DNA from: Macrostomum hystrix
Lineage: Eukaryota > Animalia > Platyhelminthes
Length of the DNA: 64,000 nucleotides
Reading direction: 5' to 3'
Assembly: GCA_950097015.1 (NCBI GenBank)
Contig: CATNEN010000038.1
Span: forward strand, 14,322,001-14,386,000
Made by a program: the position numbers and the translations under genes
Shown here: in pieces, positions 1 through 11,162 of the stretch
Position numbering within the stretch: position 1 is the stretch's first letter
How the letters are laid out: the number at the start of each line of letters is the position of its first letter
The notes under the pieces: generated by a model
What the model was told of the DNA's origin: nothing
Seen by the model: the letters and a program-made list of their open reading frames with translations, nothing else
Database searches by the model: none

Positions 1-2723
1 ACCACGTTAGAGGCTAATCCCAGGATTTTCCTCATTCGTTCACTTTTGCCCGCTAGTGCCTTTGGTTTCAAGTAAATGAGCAGTCTCAGGGTCTGAGGGA
101 TGATGTCGAACTGAGGCAGCAGCATCAAGTCAGTGAGGAGGTTCGGCTTCTCAAGCAGCACCGCGTACTCCATCAGCGTCAGCGGCCTTCCATTTATTTC
201 AGAAAGCCGCAAAACTTTTTTCATAGACAAGAGCATCGGGGAATTAGCATTTCCTTTAACTTGCTTTATTATGTACTTGTTAAACTGCTCGTCAATGTCA
301 TCAATCTCATAACGCAAGCTGATTAAGCTGCGAAGCAGTTCGCTGGAATCTAGCTCGAATGCTCTGAACAACATCCTCACTTGTGGTGACACTTCTTGTT
401 TTGATGTTCCCACTCTTTCTTGTCTGACTAGGCCTTCTTCCTTCTGCCTTCTTCCTCTGCCTTCTTCCTGCCGTCCGTCGTCCTCAATGCTGGCCTTCAG
501 TGACGAGTCGTTGAATCGAGTCAACTGGCTTTGGGCCACCTGAGTGCCTGGAAGCTTGAAAGCTCTTGCCGTTGAATCGACTAGCTTCAGAACTTCGCAG
601 AGGCCAACTTCTGATAGCTGCTCTTCCGCCATCTTGAGCAGAACATCAAGCTTGCCTTTGTTGCACGCGAAGTCAACACATGACTGCCCGGCTGCAGTTT
701 GTTCCTTGAGTTTCCCTCCCCTCTTCAGTAAATATTCAATGTTCTCTTTGTGACCTGCTTCACAGGCAAAGTGCAGGCAGGTCGCACCTTTGAGAGGTCC
801 ATCGGTGACTCGAACAGCGAGTAGTTCTTTAAAAGAGAGATCGCAAAATTTGCTCAATTTCTTGCTTATACGCGACAGATTCGATTTAGTAGAGTAAACG
901 TGCGCCACCTGAATTCCTTCTGAGTTAGTTTGCAATGCTCTGAAAATAGTTACCAGGTCTGCATCCATTACCACTTTTAGAATTAAATCTAAATTCAATT
1001 CTTCTCGAATGACCGAAAGGCAATTCTGCTTAAACTTGTTTTCGGCTTTGTGATCTACGCCCTTCTCTAGCAGAAAGCGAATATGCCTCCTCCAGAACCA
1101 CGAGTCATAAATCCAGTCGGGGCAGCTGAACAAAGCATGAAACAATGTATTGTTAAATGAATCTAACGAATTGGCCAGGGTTGAGCTGTTGTGTCCATGC
1201 TGGACGGCTTGCTCAAAAACGAACGGCAAAACATCTGTATGCTCATTCCTAACACATGAGAATAGTATTGTTTCACCATTGTTGCTGCAGCACTGAAAAC
1301 AGTCATTGAACCCGAGAACCTCAGTTATTTTCTGCAGTGTGTCCAAATCTTGACAGGAAAAAGCCTTATGAATGGCGGTGTTTCCGTCATCGTCTTTATC
1401 GAAGAAAAGTGTCTTGTCGGCGACTTCAGAAATGAGCCATTGAAGTACAGCAGGATTCGCACTATTTAGGGCAGCATGTTGCAATGCACTTGGAATTCGT
1501 TCTCCTTTTGCAGCCACGCACTGCTGCAGACCCAGTTTTGTGGTCAAAATCTGCAGTGTGTCCAAATCTTGACAGGAAAAGGCCTTATGAATGGCGGTGT
1601 TCCCGTCATCGTCTTTATCGAAGAAAAGTGTCTTGTCGGCGACTTCAGAAATGAGCCATTGAAGTACAGCAGGATTCGCACTATTTAGGGCAGCATATTG
1701 TAAGGCATTCCGACTGCATTCTCCTTTCGCAGCTAAGCACTGCTGTAGGCCAAGTTTCCGAGTCAAAATTTGCACTGTCTCCAAATCTTGATTCTTAAAA
1801 GACAGGTGAATGGCGGTTTTCCCGTCGTTGTCTTTCTCGAAGAACAATTTTTTGTCGGTGACTTCAGAAATGAGCCATTGAAGTACAGCAGGATTTGCAC
1901 TGTTGAGGGCGGCATATTGTAAGGCATTCGAGTTGCGATATCCTTTCGCAGCCAAGCACTGCTGCGGGCCAAGTTTCCGAGTCAAAATTTTCACTGTCTC
2001 CAAATCTTGATTTCCCACAGCCAGATGAATGGCAGTGTACCCGCTATCATCTTCTTCGAAGAACAGTGTCTTGTCAGCGATTGCAGAAATAAGCCATTGC
2101 AGCAGAGCCGGATACTTACCTCTCTTAGCAGCAATGTGCAGTGCATTCAAATTTCTATATGCTTTCGCAGCCAAGCACTCCTGCAGGCCCAGTTTCCTAG
2201 TCAAAATCTGCACTGTCTCCAAATCTTGAAAGAAGAAGGTCAGATGAATGGCAGTGTACCCGTCATCATCTTTCTCAAAGAACAATTTCTTGTCTGCGAC
2301 TTGGAAAATGAGCCATCGAAGCACGGCCGGATTCTGTCTGTTATTAGCGGCTGTGTGGAGGGGAATCTCGCCGCTGTTATTTTTTTCTTTGAGGTATTGC
2401 TGGCCCTTCAGTTTGAAAACCATGTCCATTGCTTTATTTGTGAATTCGCTCTTCTCACTTTCGGCAATTGCGTGGAGTAAATTATTTTCATTTTGGTCTC
2501 TAATTTTTATGTAGTTATTTTTGTTCTTTTCTAGCAGAAAGCGAAGAACAGTTGCGTCACAATCGGCTACCGACTGAAAGAGCAAATTCACTACTTCTTG
2601 GTCCTCTTGGGTCTGAAAAGCTTTCTGAATTCGAACTGCTAACAAGAGCTGTTCGTTTGGGCTTAATTCGTCACGTAAAGCGGAAATAATCTTGAATCGT
2701 GTGGACGACATTGTGGACGACAT
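1..2723 (-). CDS. Ankyrin-repeat protein, apparently intronless, C-terminus beyond window start (>900 aa)
   Basis: Manual translation from ATG 2723 (MSSTMSSTRFKIISALRDE...), with an in-frame stop just upstream. The same frame is open at the left edge, which probably explains its absence from the ORF track; I did not check every codon in between. Ankyrin motifs: ENNLLHAIA, SGEIPLHTAA, DDDGYTAIH, DDDGNTAIHKA, GATCLHFACEAGHKENIEYLLKRG. Five 219-bp units start at about 1332, 1551, 1770, 1989 and 2208. Confidence 0.85.
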   Translation of the reverse strand, partial: MSSTMSSTRFKIISALRDELSPNEQLLLAVRIQKAFQTQEDQEVVNLLFQSVADCDATVLRFLLEKNKNNYIKIRDQNENNLLHAIAESEKSEFTNKAMDMVFKLKGQQYLKEKNNSGEIPLHTAANNRQNPAVLRWLIFQVADKKLFFEKDDDGYTAIHLTFFFQDLETVQILTRKLGLQECLAAKAYRNLNALHIAAKRGKYPALLQWLISAIADKTLFFEEDDSGYTAIHLAVGNQDLETVKILTRKLGPQQCLAAKGYRNSNALQYAALNSANPAVLQWLISEVTDKKLFFEKDNDGKTAIHLSFKNQDLETVQILTRKLGLQQCLAAKGECSRNALQYAALNSANPAVLQWLISEVADKTLFFDKDDDGNTAIHKAFSCQDLDTLQILTTKLGLQQCVAAKGERIPSALQHAALNSANPAVLQWLISEVADKTLFFDKDDDGNTAIHKAFSCQDLDTLQKITEVLGFNDCFQCCSNNGETILFSCVRNEHTDVLPFVFEQAVQHGHNSSTLANSLDSFNNTLFHALFSCPDWIYDSWFWRRHIRFLLEKGVDHKAENKFKQNCLSVIREELNLDLILKVVMDADLVTIFRALQTNSEGIQVAHVYSTKSNLSRISKKLSKFCDLSFKELLAVRVTDGPLKGATCLHFACEAGHKENIEYLLKRGGKLKEQTAAGQSCVDFACNKGKLDVLLKMAEEQLSEVGLCEVLKLVDSTARAFKLPGTQVAQSQLTRFNDSSLKASIEDDGRQEEGRGRRQKEEGLVRQERVGTSKQEVSPQVRMLFRAFELDSSELLRSLISLRYEIDDIDEQFNKYIIKQVKGNANSPMLLSMKKVLRLSEINGRPLTLMEYAVLLEKPNLLTDLMLLPQFDIIPQTLRLLIYLKPKALAGKSERMRKILGLASNV

Positions 2724-2876
2724 CTAGCTGGTTTTCTTTAGTGGATCGCAATAAAACTGCTGCAGATTTCGTTGTGTCGAGCAAAGATTAGCTAGCACTG
2801 CTTTCTCCTCGTTCTGGTTGCCGGTGACTAAATTTAGGTTGGTCCTGATTTTCGTAGCTTCTCATTCTGATTCTGA

Positions 2877-4826
2877 TTCTGAACAGGGATCTCAACGGAT
2901 TCTGAATAGCGATCTCAACGGATTCTGAACAGGGATCTCAATGGATTCTGAATAGCGATCTCAATGGATTCTGAACAGGGATCTCAATGGATTCTGAACA
3001 GGGATCTCAATGGATTCTGAATAGCGATCTCAATGGATTCTGAACAGGGATCTCAATGGATTCTGAACAGGGATCTCAATGGATTCTGAACAGGGATCTC
3101 AATGGATTCTGAACAGAGATCTCAATGGATTCTGAACAGGGATCTCAATGGATTCTTAACAGGGATCTCAACGGATTCTGAATAGCGATCTCAATGGATT
3201 CTGAACAGGGATCTCAATGGATTCTGAACAGGGATCTCAATGGATTCTTAACAGGGATCTCAATGGATTCTTAACAGGGATCTCAATGGATTCTGAATAG
3301 CGATCTCAATGGATTCTGAACAGGGATCTCAATGGATTCTGAATAGCGATCTCAATGGATTCTGAACAGGGATCTCAAGGGATTCTGAATAGCGATCTCA
3401 ATGGATTCTGAACAGGGATCTCAATGGATTCTGAATAGCGATCTCAATGGATTCTGAATAGCGATCTCAATGGATTCTGAATAGCGATCTCAATGGATTC
3501 TGACAGGGATCTCAATGGATTCTGAACAGGGATCTCAAGGGATTCTGAATAGCGATCTCAATGGATTCTGAACAGGGATCTCAAGGGATTCTGAATAGCG
3601 ATCTCAATGGATTCTGAACAGGGATCTCAATGGATTCTGAACAGGGATCTCAAGGGATTCTGAATAGGGATCTAAATGGATTCTGAACAGGGATCTCAAT
3701 GGATTCTGAATAGCGATCTCAAGGGATTCTGAATAGCGATCTCAATGGATTCTGAACAGGGATCTCAATGGATTCTGAACAGGGATCTCAAGGGATTCTG
3801 AATAGCGATCTCAATGGATTCTGAACAGGGATCTCAATGGATTCTGAACAGGGATCTCAAGGGATTCTGAACAGGGATCTCAATGGATTCTGAACAGGGA
3901 TCTCAAGGGATTCTGAACAGGGATCTCAATGGATTCTTAACAGGGATCTCAAGGGATTCTGAATAGCGATCTCAAGGGATTCTGAACAGGGATCTCAATG
4001 GATTCTGAATAGCGATCTCAATGGATTCTGAACAGGGATCTCAATGGATTCTGAACAGGGATCTCAATGGATTCTGAATAGCGATCTCAATGGATTCTGA
4101 ACAGGGATCTCAATGGATTCTGAACAGGGATCTCAAGGGATTCTGAATAGGGATCTCAATGGATTCTGAACAGGGATCTCAATGGATTCTGAACAGGGAT
4201 CTCAATGGATTCTGAACAGGGATCTCAATGGATTCTGAACAGGGATCTCAATGGATTCTGAACAGGGATCTCAATGGATTCTGAACAGGGATCTCAAGGG
4301 ATTCTGAACAGGGATCTCAATGGATTCTTAACATGATCTCAAGGGATTCTGAATAGCGATCTCAAGGGATTCTGAACAGGGATCTCAATGGATTCTGAAT
4401 AGCGATCTCAAGGGATTCTGAATAGCGATCTCAATGGATTCTGAACAGGGATCTCAATGGATTCTGAACAGGGATCTCAAGGGATTCTGAATAGCGATCT
4501 CAATGGATTCTGAACAGGGATCTCAATGGATTCTGAACAGGGATCTCAATGGATTCTGAACAGGGATCTCAATGGATTCTGAACAGGGATCTCAATGGAT
4601 TCTGAACAGGGATCTCAAGGGATTCTGAACAGGGATCTCAATGGATTCTTAACAGGGATCTCAAGGGATTCTGAATAGCGATCTCAAGGGATTCTGAACA
4701 GGGATCTCAATGGATTCTGAATAGCGATCTCAAGGGATTCTGAATAGCGATCTCAATGGATTCTGAACAGGGATCTCAATGGATTCTGAACAGGGATCTC
4801 AAGGGATTCTGAATAGGGATCTAAAT
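2877..4826. repeat. 23-bp tandem satellite (GGATTCTGAACAGGGATCTCAAT), about 85 copies
   Basis: Directly visible 23-bp period with ACAGG/ATAGC and AAT/AAG variants. Confidence 0.97.
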
Positions 4827-5177
4827 TTATCGGGCCTTAACCATCGGACTTAGCTAACTCGCCTTATGCGGATGCTTTTTTGCTTGACTATGAAAATTGC
4901 AAACCATAATATTTGAAACACACAGAGCTTATACAAGAATTATTCGACAAAGTCAAATGAAGGAGCAAAATACCTTTTTTGCTGCTTTGTCAACCAGATG
5001 GCGAGTCTAACTCGATACACAGCGCACAGGAGGTCAACTCGACGGTGACGGCCGCAATCTGGTCAAACGGAGAAGTCGCGAATGCGGGATGTGAAACTCC
5101 GCTGCATTTCTTATATTTTTTCTTTTTCAGTTTGTCTGAGTCTCTACTCACTGCATGAGAAATGATGAGATGATCAC

Positions 5178-5730
5178 ACGGTGTCTCATCTCATCAGTGT
5201 CTCATCTCAACAGTGTCTCATCTCTCCCGTGTCTCATCTCTCCCGTGTCTCATCTCTCCCGTGTCTCATCTCTCCCGTGTCTCATCTCATCCGTGTCTCA
5301 TCTCTCCCGTGTCTCATCTCTCCCGTGTCTCATCTCTCCCGTGTCTCATCTCTCCCGTGTCTCATCTCTCCTGTGTCTAATCTCTCGCGTGTCTCATCTC
5401 TCCCGTGTCTCATCTCTCGCGTGTCTCATCTCTCCCGTGTCTCATCTCTCCCGTGTCTCATCTCATCCGTGTCTCATCTCATCCGTGTCTCATCTCCCCG
5501 GTGTCTCATCTCTCCCGTGTCTCATCTCTCCCGTGTCTTATCTCTCCCTTGTCTCATCTCTCCCTTGTCTCATCTCTCCCGTATCTCATCTCATCCGTTT
5601 CTCATCCCATCTGTGTCTCATCTCATCCGTGTCTCATCTCATCCGTGTCTATCTCTCCCGTGTCTCATCTCATCCGTGTCTCATCTCATCCGTGTCTATC
5701 TCTCCCGTGTCTCATCTCTCTCGTGTCTAA
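5178..5730. repeat. 16-bp CT-rich minisatellite (GTGTCTCATCTCTCCC)
   Basis: Direct tandem periodicity; explains the SHLSRVSSLPCLI ORFs. Confidence 0.95.
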
Positions 5731-7312
5731 CCTTTCATCTCTCTTAGAATATTGTAGTTGGATATTCTAAATAAAGAAATCGCGAATGCTGGATGTGAAA
5801 CTGCTGCATTTCTTTTACGTACGAAGTATTTCTCGTATTTTTTCTTATACAGTTTGTCTGCGTCGTGACTCAGACAAGTAAAGCCATTGAAATACTCAGT
5901 CGGTATCACGACTCGTGTTACAAATAATTTCCAACCTTAATAATTAAAGTGCGCTTCAATAGTAACACGGACACGATTATGCAGCGTCGTGTCTATAAAA
6001 TATACTCCTATAAGCTAAGCACGAAAGACCAAAAATGTGGTGAAGCAAGCCTTCAGAACTAGAGCACAATAATTTTAAAACAGTGCGTGTCTAAATTACT
6101 TACCCCAGTAGTGCGCTCACGAGCGGCACTATAAAGTCTCGGGATGCCGAAGCCAAGTCTTGGGTAATTCAGTGTCTCGATGCTCGAGAATTTTCTATAT
6201 CATTAGTAATAAGGCAGCGCGAGCTGCTTCTTAAATCGCGCGCGAGTTTGTTTGGGTTGCTATGCGACAAGAAATTCAAGTGAGCTCGGAAAATTTTTCG
6301 CATTTTAGATAAAGTGAGCATAAGGACACAGCACCCGCGAACCGACATGCCTACCTACTTACCTACCTACCTGCCTTGCATTCATTGGAAGCGTAGAGTT
6401 TCATCTTTTCCGAGGGTCCGACAGTCTCAGGGGCCAATTTAGCTTACAGTCCAGTATTATATTAGTCTATTCATATTCATTCGAACGTACAAAAACAGAC
6501 CTAGGTTTTCCTTTCCAGCATAAACGGCTTCATCTTGCACTCTTTCGAAACTGTTATACTCTCAATGAGCAGTTGCATTTTGCCGTGAGAAAAGAAAAAT
6601 ACACATCAAGGATATCAGATAACGATGAAAAAGAATATTTTTACCTTTTTAAAACTTTGAAAATTTGAGTCAGAGAGTTGAAGTCAATTTATAATGTACC
6701 TTGGTATTTGAATCGGAGATTATCCATCGGACAACCCGTCGATTCGTGTGCGAGTCTGGATATTATTCTGGATATGTAGATATTTGATTGGAAGTTATAT
6801 GACATATTTGCAGTCTGAACAGATAAGTGCAAACAAGAAATTGGCCTTCTAACAGAAGAAATACCACCAGTGCATTTCAAATACCAACATTTTTCTTTTT
6901 TTCTCAGTATTCAACCAAATTGGACATGAAAATCCAGAACCGTGAGCTTAATTTTTCGGCTCTATCCGATGAAAAACTTCCATAATCACATAACATCGGC
7001 ATCATCGTGATATTCAACAATTTTCATCTAGAATGTCCAATGGCAAAAACGACCACTGTAGCATATTTTTTCTGCTCACAAAATTCATTATGTAACCATA
7101 TGTCGGCTGTTTTGTTTTGACATCATAGTACTCGTATTGATTATATTGCTATTTTTGCCTTACAGTGGTCGTATATTTTACATTTTTACCGTGTAAAAAA
7201 CATCGTCTGAATGACTTTGATATATCTTAGACTAAAGGACACCTTAATGTACGTCTAAATTTGGTCGAAAAGGCGTCCATTTTCTGCCTACAGAGGACTA
7301 ATGTAGGACCAT

Positions 7313-7775
7313 TGTAACAACAACAACAAGAAGAACAGGAGACGCTAGCCCCAAAAGTCAGGGAGGCAGCGTTAGATGGCGCGCCGCAGAGCCAGCGCAC
7401 GAACATGGTCCGCGCCGGTGGCAGTGTCGGGCGCCCCGGCGTCGCTCAGCAAGCAGTCGACGTAGCGGCGGGTTCGAGCCTGGCCGCGCCTGAACGGGCC
7501 CTGCAGGGTGAGCAGCAGGACGTTCTGGGCGGGCTGGCGGCAGTAGCTCTCGGCCCGAATAACGTGGCTCGCTAGCCGAAGTCTCCGCTGGCGCAGGATG
7601 GTGGACGGGCGTTGCAGCTGGGCTCTCTCGTACAGAGCCTCGGTCCCGACGCTCTCGTCAGCTTGAAAGGCCGCACGGAGCAGCCCCGAGTGCGCCGAGT
7701 CCAGCTGCCGCTCCAGCGTAGCCGTCAGCGTCCACGACTCGGAACCAAACTGCAGCCGCGTCTCCGTCGCGGTTC
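7313..7775 (-). mobile_element. 5'-truncated RTE-type non-LTR retrotransposon, 3' end
   Basis: ORF 7372-7830 carries the RTE post-RT pattern (LQFGSESWTLT...RRLRLASHVIR...GPFRRGQARTRRYVD), followed by a short 3' UTR and a (TTG)n-like tail at about 7317-7330. Confidence 0.75.
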
Positions 7776-7789
7776 CACCCACCAAGGTG

Positions 7790-10700
7790 GCCAAGAGCTG
7801 CAGATCCTCCTTCAAGGCCCGCTGGGCCACTACCTTCCCTCCTGGGAACCTCGGCTTTTTCTCTGCGGATCAGCATCGGCCGGCTACTCTGATCCGCCTG
7901 CTTTTGCTCCTCGCCGGCATTGAACCTAACCCCAGTCCCGCCACCTGGCCATGCAGCGTCTGTGGCAACAACATCAAACGCTCGTCTTGCTCCGTCAAAT
8001 GCAATGCCTGCCTCAACTGGACTCACCTGCGCCCGTGTAGCGAGCTTGCATCCTCCAAAGACTGGTCCACCGCGTTCCGCAGCAAAGTCTGCCTGGCCGC
8101 CCCTCTTCCCTCCCCTCCCTCCCATACCTCTCCCTCACCCACCCTCCCCCTCCTTCCTCCCTCCCTCCCCCTCCCTCCCCCCTCGACCCCTCCCTTTCCT
8201 CCTCTCCCCCCGGCCCCTCCACACCCCGCCCCCGTCCCTCCTTCCCCTCCCCCACCCCCTCCCCCTCCCCCTCTCCAGCGGCACCACCACCATCAGTCAC
8301 GTCTACAACTCGAGCGACTTTAAAGTCCTTCAAATCAACCTGAATGGCATCAGCAGTAAATGTGACGAGCTCAGCCATCTCCTCAGCAGCAGACAGATTG
8401 ACGTGGCGGCCGTCCAAGAAACCAAGTTATGGCCCAACTCCAAGCTTCATATTGACGGCTATGATGTCATCAGGCTTGAGAGGCAGCACAACAAAGGTGG
8501 AGGCCCTTGCATCCTCATCAAATCTGGCATCAATTATCACTCGATTGCCAAGCTGCCAAGTCATGCCACTCAACCTCCTGAACGCCTGTCTGTTACTATC
8601 GTCTCCGGCCAAGACAGCCTACGCATTCACAACTGCTACGTCCCACCGGCCAGCTCCTGTCCTGCTGACTACCAGTTTGACCCTGCGTCCTTCCAGGAAG
8701 ATACCTCGCACGGGACTCACCTTGTCGTTGGCGACTTCAATGCGCACAATGTTCTCTGGCACTCGCCCCTCTCCGACTCCAGGGGAGAACTTTTGGCGGA
8801 ATTCCTCTTGGAACAAGGCGTCGCTGTCCTCAACGAAGATGCTCCTACGCGGCTACCCCAGTCCGGGCAGCCAACCTCCCCGGACATCAGCCTCGCCACC
8901 CTCGTCATCTTCATGTCCTGTGACTGGGAGACCCTTGTCACGCTGGGCTCGGACCACCTGCCCATTCTGCTTACTATCAGCACCGTGGAGTCCCCGGCGC
9001 CAGCTACTCAACGCTCCTTTGTCAACTTGAAGAAGGCAAATTGGGAGAAAGTCACCACTGAATGTGAAGACCTGTTTGAGAAGCTTCCTGCTCCCAGGCA
9101 TCCTCATCCTGGAGAGAAAGCCTTCAGGCAAGCTGTCATTCAAGCAGCTAAGCACCACATCCCAGCCGGAAAAATTCAACATTTTCGTCCTCACTTCCCA
9201 CTGGAAGCCGACGTCCTCTGCAAGCAAAGAGACCTCATTCGCACGGATAACCCCCAGTCGGAAGCTATCACCATCCTTCAAGATGAAATCAACCAGATCT
9301 GCTCCGACTTTCGCCGGGCGAACTGGAGGGAAAAGCTTGAGCAGTTCAGCATCAAGCACCAGGTCTCTGAACTGGGGCGTACCATCAAGAACCTCGGCGG
9401 TAAAGGCCACAAAGAAAACTCCGCTGGCATCCTTTTTGACGAGCTTCCTTTAACTGATCCCAAAACATTGCCAAGGCCTTCAACAGGCAGTTCTTAGACA
9501 AAATTCATCCGGCCAACCCGGACGACAGACGCCTCAAAAGGGACATCAGACTTTCCCCCACCAATGGCTTCCTGCTCACGTCCAGGGACGTCACGTCGGC
9601 CATCAAAAGCTCTTCGCCATCCAAAGCCACCGGACCGTATGGCCTTTACCCCATCGTCCTGAAGCATCTTGGACCAAGGGGAATTGCCTTCCTCTGCTGC
9701 CTATTCAATCTGAGCCTTACCAGTATCGTTCCTAGCACCTGGATTTCTGCCAAGGTACTCGTAGTGCCTCTTCTCAAAGCGGACAAAGATGCTACCTGCA
9801 GCTCTTCCTACAGGCCTATCTCCATCCTTTCTCCAGCCGCCAGCGCACTCCCGCTCCCCACCTGGCAGCATGGCTTCCGCGCGGGACACTCCACCGCCAC
9901 CGCCCTCACCAGCCTCACCAGCTCCATCAGCATCAGCCTTAGCCAACCTAAACCTGCTGAGAGGACTCTGCTCGTCGCACTTGATCTGCAAAAAGCGTTC
10001 GACAAAGTTAATCATGCCAAGCTCCTCCGGATGCTCTTCAACTCCAGCCTTCCGAAATGCCTCACCAGGTGGCTCAGTGCGTACCTGTGCGGTCGGAGCA
10101 CGAGAGTCCTCTTCCGCGGCTCGCTCTCCTCGGCCAGGCGTCTCAGAGCGGGCGTGCCTCAGGGAGGGGTTCTGTCCCCGCTCCTCTTTGCCTTCTACAT
10201 GAGCGACATCCCGGCTCCTCCTGCCCAGATCTAGCTGACTCAATATGCTGACGACCTCACCGTCTGCACGAGAGGCCCCATTGTTGCCAACCTGGCCACT
10301 GTCATCCAACCGTACCTGGACCAGCTGTGTGACTACCTCTCGAAGAAGGACCTTGCGCTGTCGCCGACCAAGTCCTCCGCTACTCTCTTCACGAGCTCCA
10401 ACCATGAGTTCAATGCAGCTCCGACGGTCTTTCTCTGTGGAACTCCTGTTCCTACGGTTTGCAACCCTAAGCTGCTTGGGGTCCTTTTTGACCCGCTCCT
10501 TAAATTCCACCCGCACGCCAAGGCCATCACCAGCCGCATCAAATGCAACAACAACATCCTGAAAGCGCTGTCCGGAAGCACCTGGGGACAAGATAAAGAG
10601 ACCCTGCTTGTCACATACAAAGCTGTCTCCAGGGCCCACGTCAACTACTGCGCTCCTGTATGGGCGCCCTACCTCAGCCCCCCCAGCTGGTCGCTGATCC

Positions 10701-10865
10701 AGACTGCACAGAACGCAGCGCTTAGAGTCATCACCGGGTGCCACAGCTGCTCGGGCATTGATCATCTCCATGACGAATTTATGATGCTGCCGGTGTCCCT
10801 GCACTCTGAACTTCGGGCAGCGCAGTTCTGGGTGCAAGCGCTTCATCCGTGCCACCCGACTGCAA
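7790..10865 (+). mobile_element. Decayed APE-type LINE (Ingi/Jockey-like): 2A-like peptide, PHD finger, Pro-rich linker, APE endonuclease, reverse transcriptase
   Basis: LLLLAGIEPNPSP; CSVC..CNAC.NWTH..C; APE motifs QINLNG, AVQET, GDFNAH, PDISL, GSDHLP; RT motifs YRPIS, QHGFR, LDLQKAFD, GVPQGGVLSP, YADD (10244-10255) and LRVITGC. Several frameshifts and stops; 3' end truncated. Clade assignment is inference. Confidence 0.92.
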
Positions 10866-11162
10866 AGATAAGTGCAAACGAGAAACTGGCCTCTCAATGA
10901 ATCTATTATCTGTGAACTGCTAAATGAATAGAAGATATTCATAACTATAGACACTACTACACGCTCTGCTTTATGAGACAAATGGCGCGATTTAAAAAGG
11001 GTGCTCTCGAAACGCTTTCGAAATGCTCATTTATGTAGCATCCTACTCCAAGCTATTTTTTATTGCCCTATTTATTATATTCAGTAGCCTAGAGAGCAGA
11101 GCCTAAGTTTTTGTTTCATAAAGGTTTTTATTTTGCACTTGCATGCTTTCAAACATTTCCAT

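Noticed and set aside
2007-2514. Plus-strand ORFs in the first 2.5 kb
   Set aside because: Antisense shadows of the minus-strand ankyrin ORF.
6550-7200. Possible decayed coding sequence on the minus strand
   Set aside because: Multiple stops and no family motif I can name; needs TBLASTX.
9701-10981. 426-aa minus-strand ORF
   Set aside because: Antisense shadow of the GC-rich RT region with no recognisable motifs.
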